From NCBI RefSeq assembly GCF_001194135.2, contig NC_068989.1, positions 77,546,224-77,610,223 on the forward strand: 64,000 nt of DNA, written 5' to 3'. Shown in pieces: positions 1 through 11,895 of this stretch. Position 1 is the first letter of the stretch. The number at the start of each line of letters is the position of its first letter. The translations under genes and the position numbers were made by a program. The DNA is from Octopus bimaculoides (taxonomy: Eukaryota). Under the pieces are notes generated by a model. That model was given only the letters and a program-made list of their open reading frames with translations, ran no database searches and had not been told where the DNA came from.

Positions 1-169
1 TATATATATATATGTATATGTATATGTATAATTAGTATAGACAGCCGTGCGCTATGTTTTACCAAAAAGGAAAACTATAATAATCGCTAAATATGATTAT
101 GGTGTTAGAACACCTACATTGCTAGAAATAAGAGCAACCTCTCCTTACATACATATGGAGAAGTTACAG

Positions 170-365
170 TTGTGTCCCTGCTGCCTGACAAGCGCTGTTG
201 GTTGGTTTACATTTCCGTAACATAGCAATTGAGCAAAAATGAACGACAAAATTATTGCCATGCTTTCAAAACAAATTAAAGCTTAGAGTGAATTTGTTCG
301 AATTTGTTATCAAGGCGGTGCCCCAGCATGGTCGAAATCCAATCACTGAAACAAGTAAGAGAATA
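170..365 (+). mobile_element. Degenerate 3' half of SINE family A
   Basis: Decayed match to the family A second half, ending GGCGGTGCCCCAGCATGG...ACTGAAACAAGTAAGAG like the intact copies at 18249 and 45906. Confidence 0.55.
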
Positions 366-1576
366 ATTGACCAAAAACTAATACGTTGATGTCGTGAAAA
401 CGTCAACTATTATTTATTAATGAAGAGAAACAAACACTGAAGGATTAATTGTCTTGTATAAAACTAGATGAGATAAAGTATAAGAACAACGACAACGCCA
501 GAGCGTAACAAAACGTATGTGACATCAAGTGTATGGGGTTGGAGTTGTGGTGGAAGAAGAGGATGTCACATATACTTATTGGAATTGGTTGAGTGCTTCA
601 TAAAACAAATAAATTGTAAGTTAAGCCGTTTGACATCGACCAGTCAAATGATCGGGTAAATAGATTGTGTTATCGCAAAAGAAAGGCATAAATAAATATA
701 TAATATAAAAGAGAAAAAGATGTAAGAGAGTAGGTAGGAAATTCTGAAAGAGAATGAGAGTGAGACAGAGACAGAGACAGGATGGATCAATAGAGGCTAT
801 TGATTTGCTACTCAATGCTCCCATTATGTGTAATAATAAATGATCAGATAATATTTTGGTGAATAATAAAATATGCATACGCGGCTGGTATGATACAGAT
901 TTGACAGCGAAACTCAAAACAGATATTAATGTTATTGCTTCCCATAATCTCCACCGAATTTAACCACTCTAATTGTATTCAATTACACGGTATTCATTCA
1001 TGACCACAGTCTCATTCCTTGTAATTCGTTCCGTTTCATTCACATCTATTTCGTTTCATTCCGTTTCGTCTTCCACTTTCAACACGGAATAGCTGTAATT
1101 ATACTCTCTTGGATCTCAGTCAGTCTTTATAACGTCTTTTCATCTAAAGAGATTAACTTAACGCCATTCTAGATCTGCTGATTCTAGTCTTTGCTTAGAA
1201 CAAACAATTCGTAACTTTGACATCAGAAATCTAAAATAATATCTAACAAAAGTATTATATTAAAATGTGAAATCAAACTGTAAGTGATATTATGCTGAAC
1301 TGCTCTAACAAGGATTAGGACTAATGAATCTAATAATCAAGTATGGGTACCCCTTAACAGCAAGCATTTTTGTATGGTTATTTTGAAAGTAATACCTGAA
1401 ATATAATCAAGGGAAATTAAGCAATACGTTTAACAATGTGTAGGAGGAAGGACACTGATCAGACATGGGCAACTGTCATCTACTGAAATACGACTAAGGT
1501 GTTTTACGTTTCAAATTTTCTTTTCAATTTACTTTTGTTTCACTTCTTCGATAGTGAGGAAGGCCATCCTCCAAAC

Positions 1577-1902
1577 CAGTGGTTTTCAACCATTTTTCTG
1601 CCTGTAGGTCTCTTTCATTCTACTAGACCCTCATAGACATCTGATGTTTAAAAGGTCTTCGTGTATTTTAACAATTAAATATTATATGGAATTATGTAAG
1701 AAAGTTGTTAAAATATTTTGTATATTGTAGAAGTATAACCGATTTATTGTGCATAAACTTTAACAACAAAATCTCATATAGACGCCACAAGGGAGGAAGT
1801 TATCCTTAAATGGACTCCCAAGGGTGTTCTTTATTATTAATAAAATGGATCCTTGACAAATGGACACCCGGGTGACATATGGGCCTCGGTTGAGAACCAC
1901 TG
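1577..1902. mobile_element. hAT-type MITE (non-autonomous DNA transposon)
   Basis: 15-bp TIRs CAGTGGTTTTCAACC (1577-1591) and GGTTGAGAACCACTG (1888-1902), 14/15 complementary. Degenerate 8-bp flanks CTCCAAAC/CCCTAAAG. Interior is related to 61759-62095. Confidence 0.75.
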
Positions 1903-2375
1903 CCCTAAAGTAACACTTGAGCTAGATATATTTATTTAATATTTTGCTAAATATGAACGAGGTTGAATAATAAAGTTTCAAATGTCAACAGAGTCGAGTT
2001 ATCTCGAAATGAAAATTAAAACAGGAAAACAACTTCAAAATGAAATGAACTCACCAGACATTACAAAGCAATTTAATATAATTGATATACCTACTAAAAT
2101 AATTAAAAGAAACGACTAGAAAGCAAAAACAGAACCACTATAATCGCCACAGCTTGTCAATGACCGTAACATACATAGTAAGATTATTAAAACAGAAAAA
2201 CACTTATTCTAGAGAGAAGATTAAAGCCAGTGGCGAGCAAGCCGATTCTTCGAAGTCATTGTAAAAATTAATATATAGTATGCTATAAAGAATTAATGTT
2301 TCAGTTTAATGTTAAATTGTTTTTATAGATTAAAGCAAAAAGAAACAAAACGAAACCAACGTGGCTGTGTGGTTA

Positions 2376-2688
2376 GGCGAAGGAGTGGCTGTGTGGTAAG
2401 TAACTTGCTTACAAACCACATGGTTCCGGGTTCAATCCCACTGTGTGGCACCTTGGGCAAGTGTCTTCTACTATAGCCTCGAGCTGACCAAAGCCTTGTG
2501 AGTGGATTTGGTAGACGGAAACTGAAAGAAGCTGGTGTGTTTACGTCCCCGTAATTTAGCGGTTCGGCAAAAGAGACCGGTAGAATAAGTACTATAGGCT
2601 TACAAAGAATAAGTCCTTGGGTCGATTAGCTCGACCAAAAGCTGTGCTCCAACATGGCTACAGTCAAATGACTGAAACAAGTAAAAGT
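2376..2688 (+). mobile_element. tRNA-derived SINE family A (CORE-like), copy lacking the internal microsatellite
   Basis: A-box TGGCTGTGTGG, B-box GGTTCAATCCC, CORE-like GGCACCTTGGGCAAGTG and tail CCAACATGGCTACAGTCAAATGACTGAAACAAG. The two halves are joined directly at GAAGC|TGGTGTG. Confidence 0.85.
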
Positions 2689-3116
2689 GTAAACATTAAT
2701 ATACATACACACAAGCATACATAAGCAAATATGCTCGCACGCTCACACACATACGCTTGCGCGCGCACTCAGCAATTTAATTTTATCCTTGTTTCAATGA
2801 AGAGTTGCAAAAAAATTCTTTGTCCTTCACTATTAATAAAACCTTGACGTTTAGTGGGGAGGGGGCTAAAAGAATACAGCAAGAGAGAAAGTTATCCTTA
2901 AAGTGAAGAGCTGACCGAATTACTATTTATAAGGAGTTGAATTCATTAAATGTATCCCGGAGGTCTGATGTCATGCATTGTTTTATATTGTTGAAGGTCA
3001 CAGCAGGACGCTGGCGGTGATCAGTGACAGATATCAAAGATTTTGTTTGAGGATCCTTATTTGTTTTCACATACGACGCTTGATAAATGACTGTCAACTG
3101 GGTTTTACACGATTCC

Positions 3117-3118
<2 letters not shown>

Positions 3119-3153
<35 letters not shown>

Positions 3154-3299
3154 GTGTGTCTGTGCGTGTGTGTGTATGTTAGCGTATATGTGTATATATA
3201 CGCTTTGCTTTATGTTTTGAGTTCTGTTTTTCATGTTTGTAAAACCCGCCATATATGTAACATAATACACATGTATACATAAATACATCCATATATATA

Positions 3300-3367
<68 letters not shown>

Positions 3368-3544
3368 TATATATATGTTTATATATGTATATATACATAT
3401 ATATATATACATATATATGTATATACATATATATGTATATATGTATGTGTATATATATATATGTATATATATATATACACACACACACACACATATGCAT
3501 GATAGATAGATAGAGAGATAGCTAGCTAGATAGATAGATAGACA

Positions 3545-3590
<46 letters not shown>
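3119..3590. repeat. Compound (TG)n/(TA)n/(GATA)n microsatellite
   Basis: Directly visible tandem dinucleotide and tetranucleotide runs. Confidence 0.95.
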
Positions 3591-3595
<5 letters not shown>

Positions 3596-4845
3596 AATCT
3601 CAATCAATAGCTGTGCTACAGCAAAATATATTTTCCTTCGCCTGAGGAATTCGTTAAACATGCACACACTCATATACATACTTACATACATCTATACACC
3701 TATGCGTGTGTGTGTGTGTGTGTAGTTTATTTTCCCGATAGATCTCTCTTTCCATGTTTGTTAAAATACTTATGTGTGTGCGATCCATTAGTTGCGTGTG
3801 TGTTTTTGAACGTACGTACGTACGTACGTACGTACGTATGTATGTATGTTTATGTATGTATGTGTAACTGAATGGTTGTGTAACTCAGAGCAATATCGAA
3901 AGTTCATATCATTATTTACAAAAATTTGCATTGCGTTAAGCAAAATGATGTATAGCCTCCAACACTGGTTATTTGAGTCAGTCCATTTCAACTTCTTGCT
4001 ACTAATGTAATGTGTCGATGAGATGTGTCTAGTCGATATTTCGATTGAAACAAAAGAAGACCTTGAAGAGAACACAAAAACATTACAAAAAAAAAAAATA
4101 AGAACAAAATAAAATTGCATTAATGTTTTCACAGAATGTTTATAATATATGCAATAGCAATGAAATATCTTAGCAGACTTGTTGCTCGACTGGTGTTTGA
4201 AAGAAGTCGAGAGACTGACAAGCTTGACACATACGCATATCATTGACTTTAGTAGAGACAAAACAGTACTTTATTTATGACACTTCAACCGTAACATACA
4301 CCAACCCCTTGATTTTGATTGACTTTTTGCTGCTGCTGTTGCTGCTGCTGCTGTTCTTCTTCTTCGACTTCAGTCTCTATGGTTGACTTGCTATTACGGT
4401 TGCTTTTTGTTGTTTAGGAGACGACTGGTCCATTAGGCCGGGAATTAGTTTTCCTTACGTTTAACGAGCTGAGAATATAAAGGAGTACACGGCTTAAAAT
4501 TCTACGCTCAATAGGAGGCCAGATCCACCGCAGCGGTAACCCTCCATTTCCAGCTATCATTGATGCTCATTTTCAACTGAGAGGAGCGAAAGAACGCGAA
4601 ATGAAGTGACTCACTCAAAGACACACTACAAAGAGGAAGAACATTCCTAAGAGAAACATGAGGAGAGATATGAAGAGAAAAGTGTAGTCTAATGGGCTGC
4701 ACCTTAAGGAAACCATCATCCTTAAGGGGATCAGGTCCTAGAACCCATAAGGTAGGCCGTAGGGAGCATGCCCTAAAATTAACGGGAAACAGCTATTGAG
4801 TGAGAGTTGAGAATGCAGGGCTCAAGAAACAGAAGATATTTCGGC

Positions 4846-5119
4846 GATCTTTCGGTACTAGATCCCATAACTTCCGGTCGTTGTGCGCACGCATACTGAT
4901 TACATTAGCGTATAGTGTGTTTATGTGTTTAAAGTTTGAGAACTGTATGAATCTGAGGGGAGAAGGTTTGAGTTTAGTGGGCCATTTATTTTTTTTGCTT
5001 TTTAATGTTGTCTTTTCATATTTTCAAGTAATTTAAAGACATAAACACACTATACGATAATGTAATCAGTATGCGTGCGCACAACGGCCGGAAGTTATGG
5101 GATCTAGTACCGAAAGATC
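4846..5119. repeat. Long inverted repeat (88-bp arms, 98-bp spacer), MITE or fold-back-like
   Basis: 4846-4933 is the reverse complement of 5032-5119 with 3 mismatches by manual alignment. Confidence 0.85.
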
Positions 5120-5504
5120 ACTGATACTTCCCATAGTTGAGAGCAGTGGAGGGAAATCGTTGAAGGCCTACATATATTACATAAAGAGAGAAGAGCTTAA
5201 GGAGTAGTAAGTATTCATGAATACAACAAGCAATCCGTTCAAGAATCAAGCCTACAACTTTACGGTTTTGAGCCCTATACACAAAACATTCCACCAAACG
5301 TCTGCACTGTTGTTGTTTAAACCCAAATCAAATCTGATACAGCGGAAGATAAGTCCGACGTAATCCGTTTGTAATAATCCTTTGCAAGTCAAACCTGGGA
5401 AGACACAGCATTGTAACAAGGGTTCTCAGTACTCGGAAGTTAAGACACTTTTGATCCCACGTCATGGAATGTTGGCGGGAAGGATTGTGTGACGATTAAA
5501 TTAG

Positions 5505-5733
5505 GGCGGTGAGGTGGCAGAATCATTAGCACGCCGGGCGAAATGCTTATCGATATTTCGTCTGCCGTTACGTTCTTAGTTTAAATTCCGCCGAGGTCGA
5601 CTTTGCCTTTCATCCTTTCGGGATCGATTAAATAAGTACCAGTTACGCACTGGGGTTGATGTTATCAGCTTAATCCCTTTGTCTGCCCTTGTTTGTCCCC
5701 TGTATGTTTAGCCCCCTGTGGACAATAAAAAAA
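5505..5733 (+). mobile_element. tRNA-derived SINE family B, tail type 1
   Basis: Head GGCGGTGAGGTGGCAGAATCATTAGCACGCCGGGCG, central GAGGTCGACTTTGCCTTTCATCCTTTCGGG...AAGTACCAG, tail TTTGTCCCCTGTATGTTTAGCCCCCTGTGG. Confidence 0.85.
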
Positions 5734-6985
5734 ATTATCAAATATAACGCTTGCATATTTGAAAAGGATAGGTAAGAGATTCAGAAGCAGGAGGGGGGGG
5801 GCGATAGAGACTTGAGTTAGCAGTAGTGAGGAAGAAAAATATATAATAGGGGCTACCGAACTTCAAATATGTTGAAAAATGGAAAGACCAACTTGGAGAA
5901 TATGAGGCGTTCATTAATACCTACGTGCTAGGATGTTGCTAGATTGGACATGAGTAATTCATATATTTAGAGCGTTAAAGTTAAATACGAAACAAAAATT
6001 CAATGAAAAACAGCGTACATGCTTCGACCTTATTCTGATATTGTCATCGACGGATTCTTTCTCTTATTCTCCATTGTTAAAGGTAGTATTTCAACGTTTT
6101 ATAATCTAAAAATTTAAAAGCCAGACAAGCGTCTAAAAGACGAGAGTCCTGTGTATTATATTTATGCGTATAAATGCAGGTGTATTTACGTGTGAGTGAG
6201 CAATGAATATTTGTCTATTGGGTAATAAGCCATGATTTCATGAATGAAGAAATAAAATGTTGTGATCATCATGCATTTCCCTGTGTGAAGTAGAGATGTA
6301 ATTAATGTGAAATGAACTCAAACAAAATTACAATGGTGGAGTCAGCTGATTTTGACGAATGAACGATTTAATTCTACTTATTCTACGGCTGTCGCCACTG
6401 TAGCCAGAACAATAAGACAGCCCTCAATGTGAAATGAATAAATTCGTCTGTTTACTTATCTAATCAGTTATTTCACTAATATCACATTTAGCAAATGACC
6501 ACTATGTACTGTGCTGATAAACTGACTTCGACAGATTTATACAAAGTTACTTGGCTGTCAGATTATAAGAAAAAAAAATCAATGCTTGTTATAGACCACT
6601 ATAATGATAAAAATCAGAATCATTCTTAAAGGGATCTTAATGTAAACAACTGCCATGGAGTTTCTTTATCGGTCTATTATTATTTGCGTCTGAGCAAGTT
6701 TTCAAAATGGCTGACGGGGTATTCTTCTGCATATTTGTCTATTTGTATAATTGTATTTATTTTACAGACTGTATTTGCTTATCTAGTGGCTGGCTATAAA
6801 ATATTCAAGTGGCTTCTGCTTTCGTTAGTTTGTCTGCAAGGCACATATACAAAAGGCATGTTATATTATTAGTATGATTTGACACGATCAAAGCAGGTAA
6901 ACATAATGCGCTCGTGGAGCAGGGTCACGTGATGGTATTCTACTGCAAGCATTCTCTTCTGTGTATTTGTACAAGATCTTAACTT

Positions 6986-7223
6986 ATATATATGTATGTA
7001 TGTATGTGTGTATGTATGAATGCATATGTATGTATGTATGTATGTATGTATGAATGCATATGTATGTATGTATGTATGTATGAATGCATATGTATGTATG
7101 TATGTATGTGTGTATGTATGAATGCATATGTATGTATGTACGTATGTATGTATGTAAGAATGCATATGTATGTATGTATGTGTGTATGTATGAATGCATA
7201 TGTATGTATGTATGTATGAATGC

Positions 7224-7254
<31 letters not shown>

Positions 7255-7275
7255 TGTATGTATGAATGCATGAAT
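6986..7275. repeat. Higher-order (TATG)n minisatellite punctuated by AATGCA
   Basis: Repeated units TGAATGCA(TATG)n are visible directly. Confidence 0.9.
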
Positions 7276-7454
7276 GTATAACCTACGGTTTAAGCTACAA
7301 TCAGACGCCATTGTTTGCATGATTTACAATTTCTATTTTGATTAGTTTAGCAATTAATTTTAAAAATCAATATATAGCCTCGTTGAGCAATCTTTATAAA
7401 CAAAACTTAAGGAGAATATTGCAAAAGCTAGATTAAGACATTTATTCTCTACTT

Positions 7455-7650
7455 TTCCATGATAAGAAAAATTTCCAAGCAGGCTAGTTCTTCAGAAACT
7501 TTTAGCAAAAAATTCAACAACTCTTGCACTCCAGGCAGGTCTTTTAAGAGAGGAGTGCAGCTAGTATATCATCCCGCATCACCAGAATACTCAAGAAGAA
7601 TCTGTGACTATCCATCGGGTTACTTCTTTAAAAATGGCTAAAAACCACAG
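7455..7650 (+). mobile_element. Possible highly decayed mariner-like transposase fragment
   Basis: Frameshifted pieces HD..., LLAKNSTT and PH..YS...CDY loosely resemble the mariner HDNA...FLAKN...PHPPYSPDLAPCDY block. Ambiguous. Confidence 0.25.
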
Positions 7651-8637
7651 TAAATAGAACCCAACTTCTGACAGCCAAAATCATCATCTTGTTCGGCTGG
7701 CCTTGATACTTTCCATCAGAAGTTCTGCTGTCAGATATTATGCCCTACACCCAGTTCTGAAAGTAAACTTTATTTGATGCCAATCGGTGTCTGACTTTGC
7801 CTAACTTGACTGTGATCATGGAATATAGTATGTTTTCCGTTTGCTAGTTTGTTGCTATTTAACTCAATCCTCGTCGAGACAATACCGGATCTGAGAGATA
7901 GACTTCATCGACACGAAAGCCTACTAACTCGAGCACTCAGATATGATTATTGGGAGTCTAATCTAGTATGGTTTTAATTGACGTTTCAGCGACTTGAGTG
8001 TGTTCTTCGTTTTGTATTGCACAGTTATTAAGATAATAGATTTAACTTCACACTTGGACGATATTACATTATCCTGAAACATCTAACATTCTCCATGAAA
8101 TAGAACACGAAATTAAGTGCATATCTTAAGCTGTCCACTGTAAATTAAGTAGAACAGAGTAACAATGAAAAACAAAATCCTATTATCTAAATGACAGATA
8201 CTAGAAAGATAGAAACCTCTTGTCATATAAGAAACACATGTTATTTACTTTACGAATGTGGAATCGGAAATTTGCAATAACAAATCTCTTCGTTATTTAC
8301 AATAGTAATTGAAAGTAATGGCTAATATATAAGAATGCGCAATTGTCTAAAACTTGGTTAAGTAATGAAAGGCCCTTGTATATTATTATGCATCACATTA
8401 TCCCACAATGGTGCTAACTTTTGTGAGTAGCTTTCTCCAGTATCCTTTTTTTTAATTAAGTCTGTTCATGCCGTGTCGATATTCACTGCCCTTTCTTATG
8501 TTCAGATTATCAATAGCGAATAGACCTAAGCACTTAAAATAGATAGAAGAGATGCATGTTATTCGAAATTCCCATCAAGCTTAACGCTTAATGTTAATTG
8601 AGATATGCCTCTTCCAGAAAGTAGTATATAACTATTT

Positions 8638-9026
8638 GCACTGCACTGGCACTCCGTCGCTTACGACGTCGAGGTTTCCAGTTGATCCGATCAAAGGAAC
8701 AGCCTGCTCGTGGAATTAACGTGCAAGTGGCTGAGCACTCCACAGACACGTGTACCCTTAACGTAGTTCTCGGGGATATTCAGCGTGACACAGTGTGACA
8801 AGGCAGACCCTTTGAATTACAGGCACAACAGAAACAGGAAGTAAGAGTGAGAGAAGGTCGTGGTGAAAGAGTACAGCAGGGTTCGCTACCATCCCCTACA
8901 GGAGCCTCGTGGAACTTTTAGGTGTTTTCGCTCAATAAACACTCACAACACCCGGTCTGGGAATCGAAACCACGATCCTATGACCGCGAATCCGCTGCCC
9001 TAACCACTGGGCCATTGCGCCTCCAC
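8638..9026 (-). mobile_element. tRNA(Arg)-like SINE family C, tail type 1, full length
   Basis: Minus-strand head GGAGGCGCAATGGCCCAGTGGTTAGGGCAGCGGA...TTCGATTCCC. 11-bp TSD TATAACTATTT at 8627-8637 and 9027-9037. Confidence 0.85.
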
Positions 9027-9988
9027 TATAACTATTTACTTTGCAAGATTAGACCTACATAGCTTGTCTTTCCTCTCTTCGGTAATTTTGTTTTATAGGT
9101 ACAAATCTTACAGCTAGATTTGTACTTGAAACTCCATAGAAACGTTTTTAGCTCTGAACACAAATTAATATATCCAGTTCCCTTCAAACAGTATTTCATA
9201 AAATTATAACTGCTAGATATTACTTGGAAAATGAGGAGGCTGCTTTTATTGCGACATTTGTGAAGTAGTACCCATGGTAGAATATCATCTATTTTAAAGC
9301 CTTTGCAAGATTATTAATCTCTAAATTTTGCTAATTGAATATTACATTACATTTAATTCAAGTTAATGAATATTTCGATGGTTTTAGAAGCTAATTTTGC
9401 TGATATACGTATAAACATGCACTATAAATTTAGAAAAATGTCTTTGCGGTATTTAACTACGCATCTTTACATTTTATGCTCAAATCCGGCTGAATTTGAT
9501 GTTGCCTTTCATTCCTCTACTGATGATAAAATACTTTCAAATACCGGACTTGGTTTTATTGTACAAAAATCTCTCAATTTGCTCCCAAAATTCACAATTT
9601 CTTATAAGCTATAAAAGCAACTAAGAATTCTGCTATGTGGTTTAACAATCGGTAAGAAATAAAAGCTCAATTCACACCCCTTTGGATAAAGAAAGGGCTC
9701 TAGATAATACATCACTATGTATCCTTATATGTGACGGCTGAATTGCCTTATTATAGGTATGTTCAATTAAGATTGACTGGGGTTAAACATCAAAAGAAAT
9801 TTATACTGTTTAGAAATAGCAGTTATATACGATAATTTGCAATGAAAAAATCTAAACTTGGTATGAAATACCTGAGTGCAATGCATGTATGGCAAATAAC
9901 TTCAAGATTACAGCCTTCTGGCTGCGACTTTTCGAAATATGTCTTACAATGATTAAAACACTATCGTAAGTAATATTTTCCGTGAAAA

Positions 9989-10202
9989 AGACGTCGAGCA
10001 CGTAGAAACGTTAGCACGCTGGGCGAAATGCTTAGCGGTATTTCGTCTGTCGTCACGTTCTGAGTACAAATTCCGCCGAGGTCGACTTTGCCTTTCATCG
10101 TTTCGAGGTCGATAAATTAAATGCCAGTTGCGTACTGAGGTCCATCTAATCGACTAGCCCCCCTCTACCAAAATTTCGGGCCTTGTGCTTAGAGTAGAAA
10201 AG
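9989..10202 (+). mobile_element. SINE family B, tail type 2, with 17-bp TSD
   Basis: Family B head and centre, tail AAATTTCGGGCCTTGTGCTTAGAGTAGAAAAG. TSD AATATTTTCCGTGAAAA at 9972-9988 and 10203-10219. Confidence 0.9.
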
Positions 10203-10710
10203 AATATTTTCCGTGAAAATTTAACAAAACGTTTTTTGCCCATTATGTTAAATTAGCATTTTTCAAAATGCATTACGTAGTTCGTCATTTAATTAAGTGT
10301 GAAGACATACTATGAAGGAGCAATGAATATGCGTTTTAGTACGTAAATATTATTATAATATAAATGAAGTAACGCATCAGTTCTGATATGAAGAAATACA
10401 GTTCCTGTCAACTACAAAGTATTATTCCGCATCCACTTTTCAGATATGGATGAAAGATATTTATAAAATAGTCAACCCCAGGAAAATCTTAGCATATGAG
10501 AGCCTTTCTTTTAATAGTATAGCAAGTTTTCTTTTCCCCAAAGCACTTTTGAACTACTTCTGCATTTCCAAATGTCCACTATACAATTATTGTATATTAT
10601 TACCCAGAATGCATTCGATGTTGTACGTAACATAATCAACTAAGATATCAAACGAATTGGTAGGTTCTTGGATTACTAGCCAACAATTGGTAAGTGGTTT
10701 TCTATTTATT

Positions 10711-10906
10711 ATTTTCTGCTCTAGGCACAAGGCCCGAAATTTTGGGGGAGGAGACCAGTCAATTAGCAACTGGTATTTAATTTATCGACCCTGAAAGAAT
10801 GAAAGGCAAAGTCGACCTCGGAGGAATTTAAACTCAGAAAGTAAAGACAGACAAAATACCGCTAAGCATATCGCGCGCTCGGCGTGCTAACATTTCTGCC
10901 AGCTCG
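10711..10906 (-). mobile_element. SINE family B, tail type 2
   Basis: Reverse complement of the family B consensus (CTAGGCACAAGGCCCGAAAT ... GTGCTAACATTTCTGCCAGCTCG). Confidence 0.85.
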
Positions 10907-11186
10907 ATTATTAATATTCTTAATTCACCCCAAGTATTCTCAATACACTTAATTCTTAAAGCAGCGAGCTGGCCAGATCGTTAGCACGCCGGGCAAAATG
11001 TTCTCCAGCATATCGTCGATCTTTACGTTGTGTGTTCAAATACCAGTTGTACACTGGCGTCGATGTAACCTACTTACATTTCTTTCACATTCAATATTTT
11101 CTTATTCAATTTAGCACACACACAAATACGTATATGAGTGTGTATGAGAAAGACTGTGTATATTTATGCAAGGTATATATATGTGC

Positions 11187-11218
<32 letters not shown>

Positions 11219-11265
11219 NNNNNNNNNNAAGGATGTATTAGTTTGACGCTCGGGAATACAGAAAG

Positions 11266-11302
11266 TCTTTAACGTTTCGAGCTACGCTCTTCAACAGAAA
11301 GA
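11266..11302 (-). ncRNA. Minimal type-I hammerhead-ribozyme-like motif in a Penelope-like repeat fragment
   Basis: Minus strand reads TCTTT-CTGTTGA-A-GAGC(GTA)GCTC-GAA-ACGT-T-AAAGA: stem I, a core with A6U, stem II and a palindromic stem III. Confidence 0.5.
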
Positions 11303-11895
11303 ATACGGAGAAAACAAGGAGAAAAACACGGAGAAAAAAAATTGGATGGTGTTTGGTCAACGATCTATCATATATATATATATACACACACACATACATG
11401 GATTGCATACGAAGCCATGCTTTTGCTAAACAAAATTCTTATACACCCTGCATTTTTATCTGAAAGTTCGACATCTTAATTATTCGTGTAAAACAAACTA
11501 TAAAGTCAAATACTTCAATATTTTCTCATGGAATCTCTATTATTGATTGAACTTTAATATTATGTATATAAACACTATTTCATTAAACATATGTTTGTAA
11601 CTTGTCATTTTCATGGCGGCTTTACTTCACTGATTGAATTATTTTAACAAAAGAGAAAATGACTTTAAATCTAAAGTAGAATACATTTTGAGAATTAATT
11701 ATTCATTTTTCACTTATCTTAATCTTTTGAACTGTAAGGAACTATAATCATTTAAAATTAATTTTCTTAATGTATATGATAGTTATGTTTTTTTTTTCGA
11801 TTTTTCATGTATATTTAAAGATTTAAGTTTGTTTAAATTTTCACTTGCTTTGCTGTATTCATACGTATAAATGTGTGTGTGAGTTAAGCAAAAAA

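Noticed and set aside
621-917. 98-aa hydrophobic minus-strand ORF
   Set aside because: It is AT-rich low-complexity sequence with (GA)n-derived residues and no recognisable homology or splice context.
4578-4615. CTGAGAGGAGCG...CGCGAAA hammerhead-like string
   Set aside because: The core order is wrong (no G8-A9 in register) and stem III lacks the U16.1.
5085-5123. Hammerhead-like shape at the outer ends of the 4846-5119 inverted repeat (CGGAAGT...CC-GAAA-GATC)
   Set aside because: Two core mismatches and only a 2-bp stem II are too weak to call.
6869-6900. Possible 24-nt microexon (AG|TATGATTTGACACGATCAAAGCAG|GTAAAC)
   Set aside because: There is no polypyrimidine tract, the donor is weak, and no partner exons were found.
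7450-7800. Alternative reading as a minus-strand LINE RT fragment (QELLNFLLKVSEEL)
   Set aside because: There is no convincing YADD motif in frame, and the similarity is no better than the mariner reading. Left as ambiguous.
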